DNA from: Klebsormidium nitens | Taxonomy: Eukaryota > Plantae > Klebsormidiophyceae | Length of the DNA: 64,000 nt | NCBI GenBank assembly: GCA_000708835.1 | Contig: DF237372.1 | Span: 16,612-80,611, forward strand | Direction: 5' to 3' | The notes under the pieces: model-generated | Seen by the model: the letters and a program-made list of their open reading frames with translations, nothing else | Database searches by the model: none | What the model was told of the DNA's origin: nothing | Shown: positions 39,568 through 51,318 of the stretch, piece by piece | Layout of the letters: every line of letters begins with the position of its first letter | Position numbering within the stretch: the first letter of the stretch is position 1 | Program-made: the position numbers and the translations under genes

Positions 39568-42500
39568 TCAGTGACTAATCGTGGCAGCGGCCTCCGTTTT
39601 TAGAAACGGCTCTGTGCTCGGGGACCGACACCGCCCGGCGGCCGCCGACGAGTCCGACGATTGCGGTGTCAATTTGGGGCTCGCTTGCCCGGTGCCCTCC
39701 TCCCGGGTCGACACGGTGGGCCCGTTTTCTAAGCCAGTCACGGCTCGGGGCGCGAAGCTCACGCCCGGGAAAGCACTCCCCGGGCTCGAATCGAGCTCCG
39801 TTTTGATTATAAATGGGTTTACAATCGGGGCGCCATTCCCCGGGCTAGAGCGGAACTCCGGCTTGGGAACGGTTTGAGTTATTTGGTTCGCTTTTCTACC
39901 CGGTTGATCCACCTTTCCCCCTTGACTACGGGGAGAACCAAGACCGACCCGGCGCCCCGGCTCGCCCCAGACGTTTTCTCGATCCTCGGTGGGATATACT
40001 TTGCTTGCTCCAGTATCAATATCCAACGCTCCCCCGTCGCTTCGTGCGCTCGCCAAACCCTCGTCTTGTGTCCGCCCTCCAAAGCCGTCAGCTGTTTTCC
40101 CCTCGAAAAGTCCCCGGTTGTTTGAGACCCCAGGCCGTTCCCCCATGTCAGTCAATTTAGACTCCGGTGCCTCATAATCTTCCCCGTTGCCTCCGCTCTC
40201 TGTCTTTACCCTTCTCAACCCCCCTCCCGTTCCGCCGTTCCGCTCCTCCGTTCCGGGCACCTCTCGCCTCGCCCGTTTCCCCAATCCTCTCCCGCGGCTG
40301 TCCCCCTCCTCCTCTTCCCCCCCTCGGGTCCGCTTCTCCCCTCTGCTCGTCTGAATTTCCGCTCCGGTTCCGTCCAGCTCCGTCCGTTCCGCCTCGCTCG
40401 CAGTCTGGTCAGTAGTCTCCGTCTGATTTGTCCAGTCCGTTCCGGTCCCCTCGCTTCCGGTCCATTCCGTTCGTTCCGGCCCGTCTGCCCGGCGCTTCAG
40501 TTTCGCAACCCGGAGATGGCGCCTCACGGCGGCCTCGACGGTCGAGCGGCCGTACGCGGCAACAGCTTCCGCCAATTCGGCGGCCTGCAAATGGGAAGAA
40601 TCAAACGGTCAAGAACAATCGCACAGCAGATTGCCGGGAGGGGATTCGAACAATGTGAGATTCCCCCGAAAGAAACGTGCGCAGTTGTGGATCTCCGCTG
40701 CCCGTCGGAACGGCCTGCAAATCTGACCCAGATCTGCGAGCTTAACATCAGCAAGCAGCAGAAAGAGTTTCCTTCCCGCCCACCGTCAAAACTCCCGCAG
40801 GCGAAAATGGGCACCCGTTGTTTCTGGAGGGAGTGCCTAATCGAGGCATGTCTGCCTGTTGCTGACAACCAGATCTTGTGCGGAATCACAATTTGCCCCC
40901 CGCGGGTATCAACAGAATTCTAGGAGGGACTGTTGCAATGACCCGTTCTCAGAACGTGAGACTGTCAATTTGCAGTGGACTTTTATGTGCAGAAAGTGAC
41001 GACCGAGCGTTGCACATAACGATTGCTGAAGATTGCACAAAATCTGAGAACGGACAACAAGGTCGAAACAAGGGCCACCTCGAACGAGCCTGGAAGATTT
41101 GCGCCTCTCAACCGACGACCCTTATAGTCGAAATAACGGAAAGACTGCAGAAGGCTCAACAAAGTGGGTAGTTCAATACTAGCGTCTTAATAAAAATATC
41201 TTCACAAGTCGGCTTGAAGACTTCTCTTGTTCCATGTACGCTCCTGAGTCACACAAACAGGAACTCACAAAACAGATCATCAACCGAGCAGAACAGTGAG
41301 GGCAGTTTTTCTCCTCACCATTCGATCCAGGTTCACATCCACGGTCCCTGCTTCGCCTTTAGGCGACGGTTCCCCTAGCCCCTCCCTCGCCGCATCAACC
41401 GCGGCGTTCACCGATTGAGTCCTCGGAGACCCATCTCTCTCGGGTCTCTCGTTCAGCCTATCAAACCACCGCCGTTGCGGGAAGCCGTCACTTAATCCGT
41501 CCCCCCCTTTTCGGACGATCTCCTCCTTCCTGTTACTTTTTACAATCTTAGACAGAGGCACCGCACGGTCCCCTTCGGCGTCCGCGTTCTGTGGGGGCGA
41601 GAGCTGGGCGTTTTGGGGGGTTAAAAGTTGGGAGTCTGAAGGGACTTCGCCGTCGTTTTGGAGACCCCCCTCGGAGAAGCGGCTGCGCGAGCGGCGGTGG
41701 GTATTTACACCAGGGAGAGGAGAAAGAGAGGCGCTTCTGTCGTGCTGCTCGGAGGGCGGTGGGAATAGGCTCGGGCTGGAGACTCGGCCAGAAGGGACCT
41801 GTACAGAAAGGCAGATTAAGCTTTACACAAAAGCAGGTTAAGCTTTCCAGAAATGCAGGGTAAGCTTTACAGAAAGGCAGGTTAAGCGTTAAAAGAAACG
41901 GAGAGGTGAGATGAACATTCGGAGGAATCGCGGAGGAGCTGATCGTAACGGCTCTTCCTTAATTTGACTTTCTTGCTTATCTTCCAATGTTCCTAATCTT
42001 CTGCCATTTCTCTTCACAAAGTCGATTCTTGAAAGATCTCGTCAGACTTTCCACAGCACAACAGCAGATTTCAACAAGCAGCTGGGAGCAAAGCCCTCGG
42101 TACTCATCAGCTCTGCTTACAACACAGCGAAGATAGGACAATCCTATGACTAGGAGGAAGGACGAACCCAAAAGTTAACAACCACATAACAACCTAACCC
42201 CTCACCACTCCATCCGGAGACTCCGCTTTCCATTCCCTCTCCTCTTCGCCCACTCTCCGGATCTCAACTCTCCCGTGGCCCCCCTCGGTGACGCTCTCGT
42301 TCCTTCGATCGGGCCGCTGCTGAGTCCAAGATGCAGTCACGCCGCCTTCGCCTCCCCCCAAAGCCTGGTCTCTTGGAGATGCCGCAAACGGTTGCTGGTT
42401 CAACGGAGATGGCGAGGGCGCTTTTCCCGAGACGTCTTGAGAGCTTCTGGGCGGTAATGGTTGCGCCGAGGAACGACGGTGCGGTAACGGGTGGACTTCG

Positions 42501-45500
42501 ACCGGGCTTTCTGGGTTGAAAAGGTCCTTGAGGAGCGACTCGCTGCTGCCGCCGAGGGAGGGGTTCGAGGGGGAGGGGAGGCCGCTCGCACCTGGTGTGA
42601 TTGACGTGCGAAACGTCAGCCATAAGATCACATCAACAAGTGGGATTGGCAATGCAAACTGGATTGCCTGCCTGCCAATCAGAAGGAAGAAAAGGGCAAA
42701 GAAGGGCGACGCTGGTGACCTTTGAGCGGGTGCAATTGGCTCTGCCAACACTGGGTGTGCATAGGAAGCCAGACAAAATCTGGTTTGGAATCAGAAGTGA
42801 CAATACTTTTGCAAAGCGGAAGTGCCAAAGCCTGCCCCTACATTGATTACTGATGAGGGGAGCAGCCTGAACGGTCTAAACACGGGCTTCGTAGGTCTTT
42901 GAGGCTGTGCAATGTGGAGAAACCCAACACGGTGTCAATCTCCAAAAGCCGAGCTTGATCAGATTGTAACCCTGAATGATCCCTCGAGAAAAAGATGTAG
43001 AACGGCAGAACCAAAGAGGTATCAAGCGACCCAAAACAATTCCAAGTAAGACTGAATCCCCACGAGGACATCAATCAATGCGGATCCAACAAGCGGTGAT
43101 GGTGGCAAGCGGAAGCTTGGCCAAGCAGGGCAAGGACAAACCCGTTCAAGGACGAATCAATCTCCTTTCTTGACTTGAGATTCGTCATCTTTCCCTTCTT
43201 CAAACTCCACCCTCGCGACTTTGAAGACAGAGCTTCCAGAATGAAGAGCTTATAGCCCACCTAACGAGGACCGCCCCCCGACGAGCATACTCCCGCTGGA
43301 CGGCCCGGACCCCCCCGCCGAGTCCGCCTGCTGTCCCGCCGACCCGACCCTAATTCCGGACGCCCCCTTCTTCTCCGACCCCCCCGAACTGCTGCCCGCC
43401 CTATCCGTTCCACCCCCCCGGAGCAAATCGAGCGGAACGCTTTTCGTCGCGGCGCTTCCGCTCCCCTCCACGGGCCCTGGTCTCGTGACACGTGTCTCCT
43501 GAAAGCTGGGGTAGGAAAACGGCCGCATGGCGTCAGGGGATGGCGCCGCGAACTCGGAACCAAAGCCGCGGCGGCCCGACTCGCCCCCCACCCCACGAGA
43601 CCGCTCGCCGCCACCTGGCGCATGCGCGTCGGCTTTCGAGCCTCTGAACCCTGCGTCAAACGGAAAGCGCGCGTCGGTTGCGCGACCGGGGGGGTGCTCC
43701 CACCCCCCCGGCATGGTGGGCTTCGAGAGCGCCTCCGGGGAGGTTTGCAACGGGCTGTGACGTTGACCCTCCTCCGGACGCTCTTGGGGGGGGGCATCGT
43801 ACCTCCCCCGGGAAAAACTCGAGCAACTACCGTCCCCAGAAACTTGTCTTTCGTGGGCAGAGGGCACCGCCCTAGGCTCTCTGAAAACCCCCAGTTTCCA
43901 AGGCCCCCCCGTGCTAAACCCTTCCGGACGAAATCCTAACCCGCCGACACCATCTAACCTTGCTCGCATTGACTTTTGACCCAGCCCCTGTAAACCAAAG
44001 CCCCCGCTCAGTGCCGGCCTCATGCCCTCGGAATTTGCACCCCCAGTGCTCCTTCCCCCGGCTTGGAGGCTCCCCGAACTTAACGAGGGTTTGTTTAACC
44101 CCTTCGCCGCTTCCTGCGGGCTCGTGGAAGAACCCCCCCGAGACGAATCCGGAGACCGCCTGCCGAAAAAGCCCTGTCCGGGGGGGAACCCAAACTGCAT
44201 TGGAGGGGCCCCCCACTTGCCAAAGTCCTCGAACGGCCGTGGGTGGGGGGGTGGGCGGGTGCCAAACCGGTCTGGATTACGTGACCGGGTTAGCGACGGG
44301 TTGCCCTGGAGGGCTGCCACGAACGGATTTATCCGGTTGGGGTTAGGGTCAGGATTAGTGGAGGGTTGAGGCTTTGAAAGGAAGGGGTTAGGAAAGGCCG
44401 GAAAACCCTCTCCTTTTGGGCTCCAGTTGAACGGGTCAGGGCCCTCGTGGGCTCCGCTTGGATGCGAAGGGGGAAGCTTAAAGGGTCCCTGCCGCACAGT
44501 GGGGGACCTAGGTACTCGGAATGTTTCTTTAGGGGTCTCGCTCCGAGGCCCTGTGGAAGCTTGCGGTCCAGGAAACGGACGGCTCTGAAACGGCCCCCCT
44601 CCTCCAAACCCAGGGTGAAAGACGGGCCGCTCTAACCCCTCAAACCCTAACCCTTGACCCCCCGGAAACCTCTGCTCCTCCAAAGGGGGTCCCCCGAAGC
44701 CCCTCCTGAAGCCCCCCGCTTCCGTCGGGCTGCTCTGGCTAAAGGGCGGCGGACCAAGTCGGAAAGGGTTGCCAGGGGGCCGTTGCGGAAGCCCGCTTAA
44801 CCCGTTTTCTAAACCTGGGGGGCGATCAACCTCACTCCTCCTGCGGTCTTCTCGTCTCCGTGCATTGCTGACGTCATCAGGCTGCCTCCTCCCCTCGTCC
44901 TCGTCGTTCAAGGGACGAGAGTCGGGCCCTGGCCCAGAGGGGCCCAGGATCCGTCCTACGGTAGGGGGTTCCGCACATGGGTTTGGCGGTGGCCCCCCTC
45001 GACCGCCTAACCCCAATCGAACGGCCCAAGGAGAGAGCGCCGGGGCGGAGGTTCGGGGCGGGGTTTCCATCAACGCGTGACCACCTGAGAAGCAAGAGTT
45101 TGAAGGTTAGTCCCACGGTGGAGCACAGTTGCAGAAGGGTCTTTTTCCTGTAAAGTTTCGTCGCCTGTGAGCGCAGAATCGGAATACCGGCCACGTCGAT
45201 ACAGGTGGCAGAGATTACTGATTGGTGCTCAGTTGTACGACCTTCTGCGATTCGTCAATGGAATCGAGAGACCCCCCAGATTTGAGTGTGGTCTGACACA
45301 TTGCAACCGCTTTGATGTGTGCTGTACAAAAGCGATGAGAGGCGTTTGAAGAAGCAGCTCTCGATACTTTCGAACTCCGAGGCAGTGTCTAGTTCAGGAG
45401 GTTTGTCATGCAATACAGTCAGACAGCATGCTTCCTGACAAGATTTGCCACCGCCAATTCCTCTGCTTGTTGGGCAGGCCGACCTCGGATGATTGCAATG

Positions 45501-47495
45501 ACAGTCACAGCTTTGAGAGCAGTCCAAGCGAGCTTGGCAACGTAAGCGCGCGTCAAAGACGAACGAGTGCATGTCACGGATGGCCAAGGATCTCAAGCAC
45601 GCACTGCCAAAACTCAGTGCTCCATCTGACCAAGACTGAGAGCAGATGCGCGCCAATCTCCAGCCAATCTTGACACCAACAGAAGACACGTCAAGGTCAA
45701 ACGCAGCAAAGCAGACACTCTCACCCGCTTCCACGACATCCTGAACCTCCGTTTCGGGGGCTTGGTTGTCTCCCGGAATGACCAAGGGGGGGGGCATCCT
45801 GAACGACGGCAGAAAACTGAGCCCCCCATTGGGCCTCAACCCTTTCACCCCCCGCCTTCGCGTCCCTGCTGATCCCTCTCCTTCCCCGGCGGAAGATCTC
45901 CTCCCAGATCCCCCGTTCGAAGCCGCGGTGCCCCCCTCTGATGGGGGATTCATTTGCCCCCCTGCTTCTGCTCTACTGCCTGGCTCCACCCCCCCTCCAG
46001 CCAAATCGTCATCTCCACCATGACCAGCCGGCCTCCCCTCAGCACTCCCCTCGACAGCATTCGTTTTCCCCACCCCCCCCTCCTTCCCAGGAAATCTCTG
46101 ACCCTGGTTTCCGGCATCTTTTTGCCCCTGGCCGATACCCAATCGTTCAACCCAAGAACCCATTCCTCTCCTCGCGCCCCCGCGGCTGCCCCCGCTGCCT
46201 TCGAAACTCTTTCCCTCCCCCTCCGGCACATCCGTAGACTTTCCCCCCAAACCGTTCGGCTGTCCTTCTGTTCGCCACCCCCCCGCATCCTTACACAAAG
46301 AGCCGAAACTGCCAAACCCCCTCGGCTGGTGAGCCCTATCCTCGTGCATTCCGTCTCGGCCCTCTTCATTTTCACCCGCATCGCCCGCCCTGCCTCTCGT
46401 TTCCCCTCCCTCCACTTGAAACCCGTTGCCCCGCCTTGCGTTGAACCCATTCTCGACAACCCTTTGCTCGCGCCTGCCCCCCCCTCCGTCGACCGTCTCA
46501 GGCGTCCCTGCTTCCGCAAACTGCTTCAGGGGGGCACCAACGCTAGGGCTCGGCAGCCCCACCTCCGTGCTCGGCCGGCTGCCCGTCCGACCCCCCCCCC
46601 CGGAGGCGCCCGTCCCGTTGCTCGCCTTAAAAGCATGGCTCCCGCTCTCCGACTTGCTCATCCACTTCCGAACCGCCGCGGCTTCCTGCTGCTCCCGAAG
46701 CGCTTCCGCCAGACCGTACCGCCGGGCGGCGAGGCTGGGCCCGTAACCCCCGCCCCTGCTCCTCTGCTGCGACGCCGCCGGTTTCGGGTTGGGGTTAGGA
46801 TTAGGGTTAGGATTACCGTCCGCGGTCGACGGCCCTTCCACCGACCGGCTCGCAGTGTCGGTGCTTGTCCGCACCCCCCCTAGAAAAACGGGGCCCCCGG
46901 TCGAAGGGCCGCTCCCCCGTGCCTGATTCGTGGCGTTTGGCAGCGGCGGGGGCGGCGTTGGGAGGGGCCCGGACGACGGCGTCTCGGGCTCGTCATTTGC
47001 TTCTTCCTCTTCCTTCCGCTGACGGGGGCTCTCAGCCCCCTCGTGCGCGCTTCCCTCGTCTTCCGGCCGCTCGTCAGGCAACTGCCTCGCACCTGGAAAC
47101 TGCGGGACCCCCCCCCTCGGACCGAACTCCCTCAAGGCCCCAAATAGCGGCACCCCAGGGGGGACCCTCTCCAGGTTCGCCGCACCCCCTCGAGGTGTCT
47201 CCTGCGCATTCGCCAACCGCGTCCCACTCGAGGGGGTCTCAGCACCCCCTGCCGGCACCCCCCCGCCGCCTGGCCCTGCCGGCAACCCCCGCAATCGCTG
47301 CACCCAGACGCTCAATCCGAGAAGCTTTTCGCCACCCCCTCGCGCACGATCCGTCGGAACGGGGGGCGCGCCGGGATGCGGTTGGCCGACCTCTGAGTTG
47401 GCGCTAATGGTATCGAGCCCCCCCATTACAACGGACGCAGGCTGACCAGGGACGCGCCCCTCCCTCTGCGCCCCGTAGGCTGGGTAGTGAGCCAT
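39568..47495 (-). CDS. Very large G/P/R/S/E-rich, probably disordered hypothetical protein (~1825 aa)
   Basis: Phase-consistent exons 45725-47495 (ATG at 47495), 43261-45084, 42206-42591, 41319-41798, 39568-40584 (TGA); 5478 nt. Long stop-free GC-rich frames; no globular domain recognised. Confidence 0.7.
41800..41895. repeat. Tandem ~22-bp repeat at a 3' splice site
   Basis: Four to five copies of acagaaaggcaggttaagcttt abutting the acceptor at 41799. Confidence 0.85.
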
Positions 47496-50400
47496 TCTCC
47501 CCTCTTTGGGGGGGTGGCTTTTTACCAGGCCATGGCGTTGCGAGTGCAAACCCTTAGGGCAGGCCCCGCAGACAAAGCACAGGCGATGCGCGTCTGTGCT
47601 TTGAAAAGTCTCTCGGTCTCAAACACTGCTTTTCGACAAATATCGTGCGTTGTTACTCCGTTGGAGAGCTCCAACATTCGGGCTCTGCTACGAACAACCA
47701 CAATGACAGAGTCGGGCTTTGGTCCGTTCCTTTATAGTGCCCCAACTTCGACTCAAAATACCTGGTCCTAGATTCAAGTTGCATTCAATCTCCTGACGTC
47801 CTCATTTCGATTTTCCGTTTGTTGACAATCACAACAATGGTATGGACTCAGCCACAGTGCTCCCCCACTTCTCACACATCGTGGTGCCCGACATGCTGAG
47901 GAACAGTTTGCCAAACCTGCAACAAGGAAGGTAACCGAAGATGAACCAGAGAAACTGCGTTCTGCAAGACCAGGTGCTTGTGCAGTGTCTCCATGCTTTC
48001 AACCCCTGCTCTCCACCTGCAAGCAAGCATCTTGAAGAAGGCTGGTGGTTTTGCAGAACCTCGACAGTCTGCAATTGAGATGCCTGCATGCTGGCCGGTT
48101 TGAGGGAGTTGATAAACGATAGGGTTTCCGAGTTTATGGTAACATGCCTTAGCTCACGAGAGCCTGCATTCTGCAGAATGTGGAATCGCACCATTGTCAA
48201 AGAGGAACAAAGAGGAGAAGGAATTGCTGAAGCAGAGTCCGAGCAGTCATCGGCCGTGTCTGATAGCAGGGCCTGCCAGATCTTTAGCAAGTGCAAAATG
48301 TATGGTGGCAAAGAATCTGCAAGTGTAGCACCTTATATTTGGCTGTATGGTCCAAAATGGACGATAATAAAAGAAAGAAAAGAAAAAGAAAGGGGATCAC
48401 GAGAAGCGGGACATGTAGAAGAGAGGACCGAGAGTAAGAGACTATTTCAAAGATGACAGTGATGATATGAAGAAGAACACACACAGAGAGCAGAGGTCGA
48501 ACAGGGTTGGCGAATGGGAAGGCTTGTAGAGCTCAAACACTTCAACTCTCAGCAACTCCTTTTTTGACTCACACAATGAGAAGTTGACGAAAAGGCTTCA
48601 ACGGCGGCTGACAAAAAGCTTACACAATCTGCCGAACCAGATTATTCCGAGCTCTGCAATCTCGCACAGCGGAATGCCAGGAGGACATGGCAATCTGGGA
48701 ACGCCCCGGATCCAGCACGCGTGAACGACAACGGCCTGTCAAATGGTACGACTTACCCCTGCGCATTTTCCATTCTGCAGCAGAATGCCCACATCGCCCT
48801 GCCTCAGACTGTATCGGTCTTCGCTGGCCCTAAAGGTGATTGTTGTTTGGCGTCGTCTCTCCATTTTGATGCAACGCTTCCAGGGAGACATTTGCTGTAG
48901 CTGTCAGTGTCAGACTCTGGCCCGTGGCTGTTGAGTCTGTCACTGTCAGGGCGTCTGGCGCATGGTGTGTGCCCAGGAACAGGACCACCAACTGCTTGCA
49001 AGCTCATGCTGAGCTCATGAGCCTGGCATTCCGATGGCGTTCCGTTCGCTGCCTGTTCAGAGCGGAACCCGATTGGTCGATGATCATCGGAGGGTAGACC
49101 CTACGGACCCACAACCTTCAAATTTACACGGGCGCGATCGCCGCGGTCGCGCGAAAATTCACTCTATAACTTTCCGGCGCACCCGGCAGACTGGCGGTTC
49201 GTCAACACTAGCGAAATTTGACGTACTCGATACTCGGAGTCGAAGCCTACCGCACGCGATTTTGCCCCGGGTATAGTACTCACCGGTAGTCAGCTCAGAC
49301 AACTTGCCTTACCCTACTAGTACTGTACTGACTCCCGAGCGCTGTTCATGAGTCACCCGCCTGCCCGGAGCTTCAAGTTTCAATGAGCGCAGTGCGGCGG
49401 CCGCCGCGGCGCTGCCAACTGTACGTTGTCACTGTAGACTCCGGCAGTGCTGCCCGGCCGCCGGGGCAGAAGAGCTTCAATTTGGCATGCCGCATGGCTT
49501 TTACACGGCCTCCAAATCCTGACTTCTGTGACCTGTCTACTCTTGTCGGAATACAGCATCATCCAATGATTGATGAGGTAATACCGGCGATGCATTCTGC
49601 CCGGCTGTCGTAATATATAACAGTGGCACTTAGTATGGAGAAACGTGCCAGCTGTCGATCATCATAGTGGAGCTATTCATCAAATTAAACGTCATCAAAG
49701 TATGACTCTAGAGGCTTCAGAGGATATGATATCTTTTGCATCTGCATCCGAGTACAACATCTGAAACTGTGCATCTCCTGTGACATGTGAACGGCCGCAT
49801 AAGTGCCCCATATAAAGCGGGCGTACAGGGTATACAGGGCGGCCTGCTCTTACTAGCATTGATTGAGCTGTGCTGGCATGCTGTTGGTCACCCAAGGATT
49901 GAAGGATCACCCAGCAGCAATCGTTTGCACATGAGCTGGTTCAGTTGGTGCATCATTCAAGCCTAATGAGCCCCAAATCATGAGCGCGAGGCGAACGGCA
50001 GCCGCCTGGCACATTGAAAGCCTAACTGTGAGCTCAATCGGAGCTTATAGCAAGCTGACAGGTGCCCGGGAAATTCTGTGACAGGCTTTGTATCATCGAG
50101 TCGCTTGGCTTAGAATCGAACAGGTGAACGTATCAACCAGCTGACACCGAAGGACTGTTATCAAGATCTAGATGTGGTTGTTCTTTGAAGCAGATTCGGC
50201 CTTAAACCCCGAGAAGACTCAAACCTGAGACTGCTTTAGACGTACAGCAGCCTGAACACAGCACTAGAGGGCAGAGAAAACGTGCCACCTAAGCAAGTTC
50301 GAAGGCCTTAATTCTATGGTCGCTTAGTTTTTCGTAGTTTGTATCTGGTTACAGCTTCCTGTCGTGTACGAATCGGCAGCGCTGGTGCGGCGTCTTCGGC

Positions 50401-51225
50401 TGCCGCTTTCTGTACGAATCAATAAGGGAGGATTATTCAATGACCAACTCGGGACCGATTCAGCGACATCCAAGCGAGCTTCAGCTGCAAAACGGAAAAG
50501 TTTCTTCGCATCGTCGACCCGCCAGAGTCTTTTCTGACGGGCGCTAATCGACCCAGCCAATATCAGTTGTTCTGGCAGTGTACTAGCTTCACTCTTGATG
50601 CACGTTAGGAAGCTGGCCGACTGCATAAAAGATACTATCAGAGTTGCCTGTGACTCGGACGTCTGGTCTACGAACACTAATCTCGATCAAAGAAGTCTTT
50701 CGACCTCAATCATTACACATGTATCTGGACACTAAAACCAAGACCGTCCTTGGAAAGAGTTTGCAGTGCATGTTCGACTTCTATTGACCGTTGCTGTACT
50801 AGTACATACCTGCCATGCAACCAGGTTGGCAGCAATTTTTGAGATTTTCTCTTCGTCTTCGGCCTGTCTCGGATGGTTCGCTTGCTTCGCCCTTTTAGGA
50901 CGCGCACCAACATTCAAGCCCGCCCAGACGCTCGAACCCTGCCGCTGAAAATGCAGAAGTGTGACGATTACTCTGGTTAAGTCTAACGTCGTTCTCGTAC
51001 AGTTACGCTAACCGAGTATTCTGTCGTCTGAATGGCAGGAACGTCTGCAGGACGCGCCATTCTAGCTCTCTGAAGGAGGACGTCTTGTCAAAGCTTCGAC
51101 TTTCTGTCGTATTTGACGCGATCCCTTAGGATCAAGCTTGCACTTAACGGATTATCCGTCTATGCAAGGAGGAATCTTATGGCAAAGCCATTCGATCCGT
51201 GATCAGTCTCCCCTGGATACTGATT

Positions 51226-51318
51226 NNNNNNNNNNNNNNNNNNNNNNNNNNNNNNNNNNNNNNNNNNNNNNNNNNNNNNNNNNNNNNNNNNNNNNNNNNN
51301 NNNNNNNNNNNNNNNNNN
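51226..51318. other. Assembly gap (N run)
   Basis: Run of n bases. Confidence 1.

Noticed and set aside
46786-46815. TTAGGG-like tract (also about 44335-44355)
   Set aside because: Inside long coding exons, encoding Asn-Pro repeats; too short and imperfect for an interstitial telomere.
45954-46883. Long plus-strand ORF (309 aa) and similar antisense ORFs such as 4580-5077 and 43960-44346
   Set aside because: They lie opposite GC-rich exons of better-supported genes; stop-poor antisense frames are expected.
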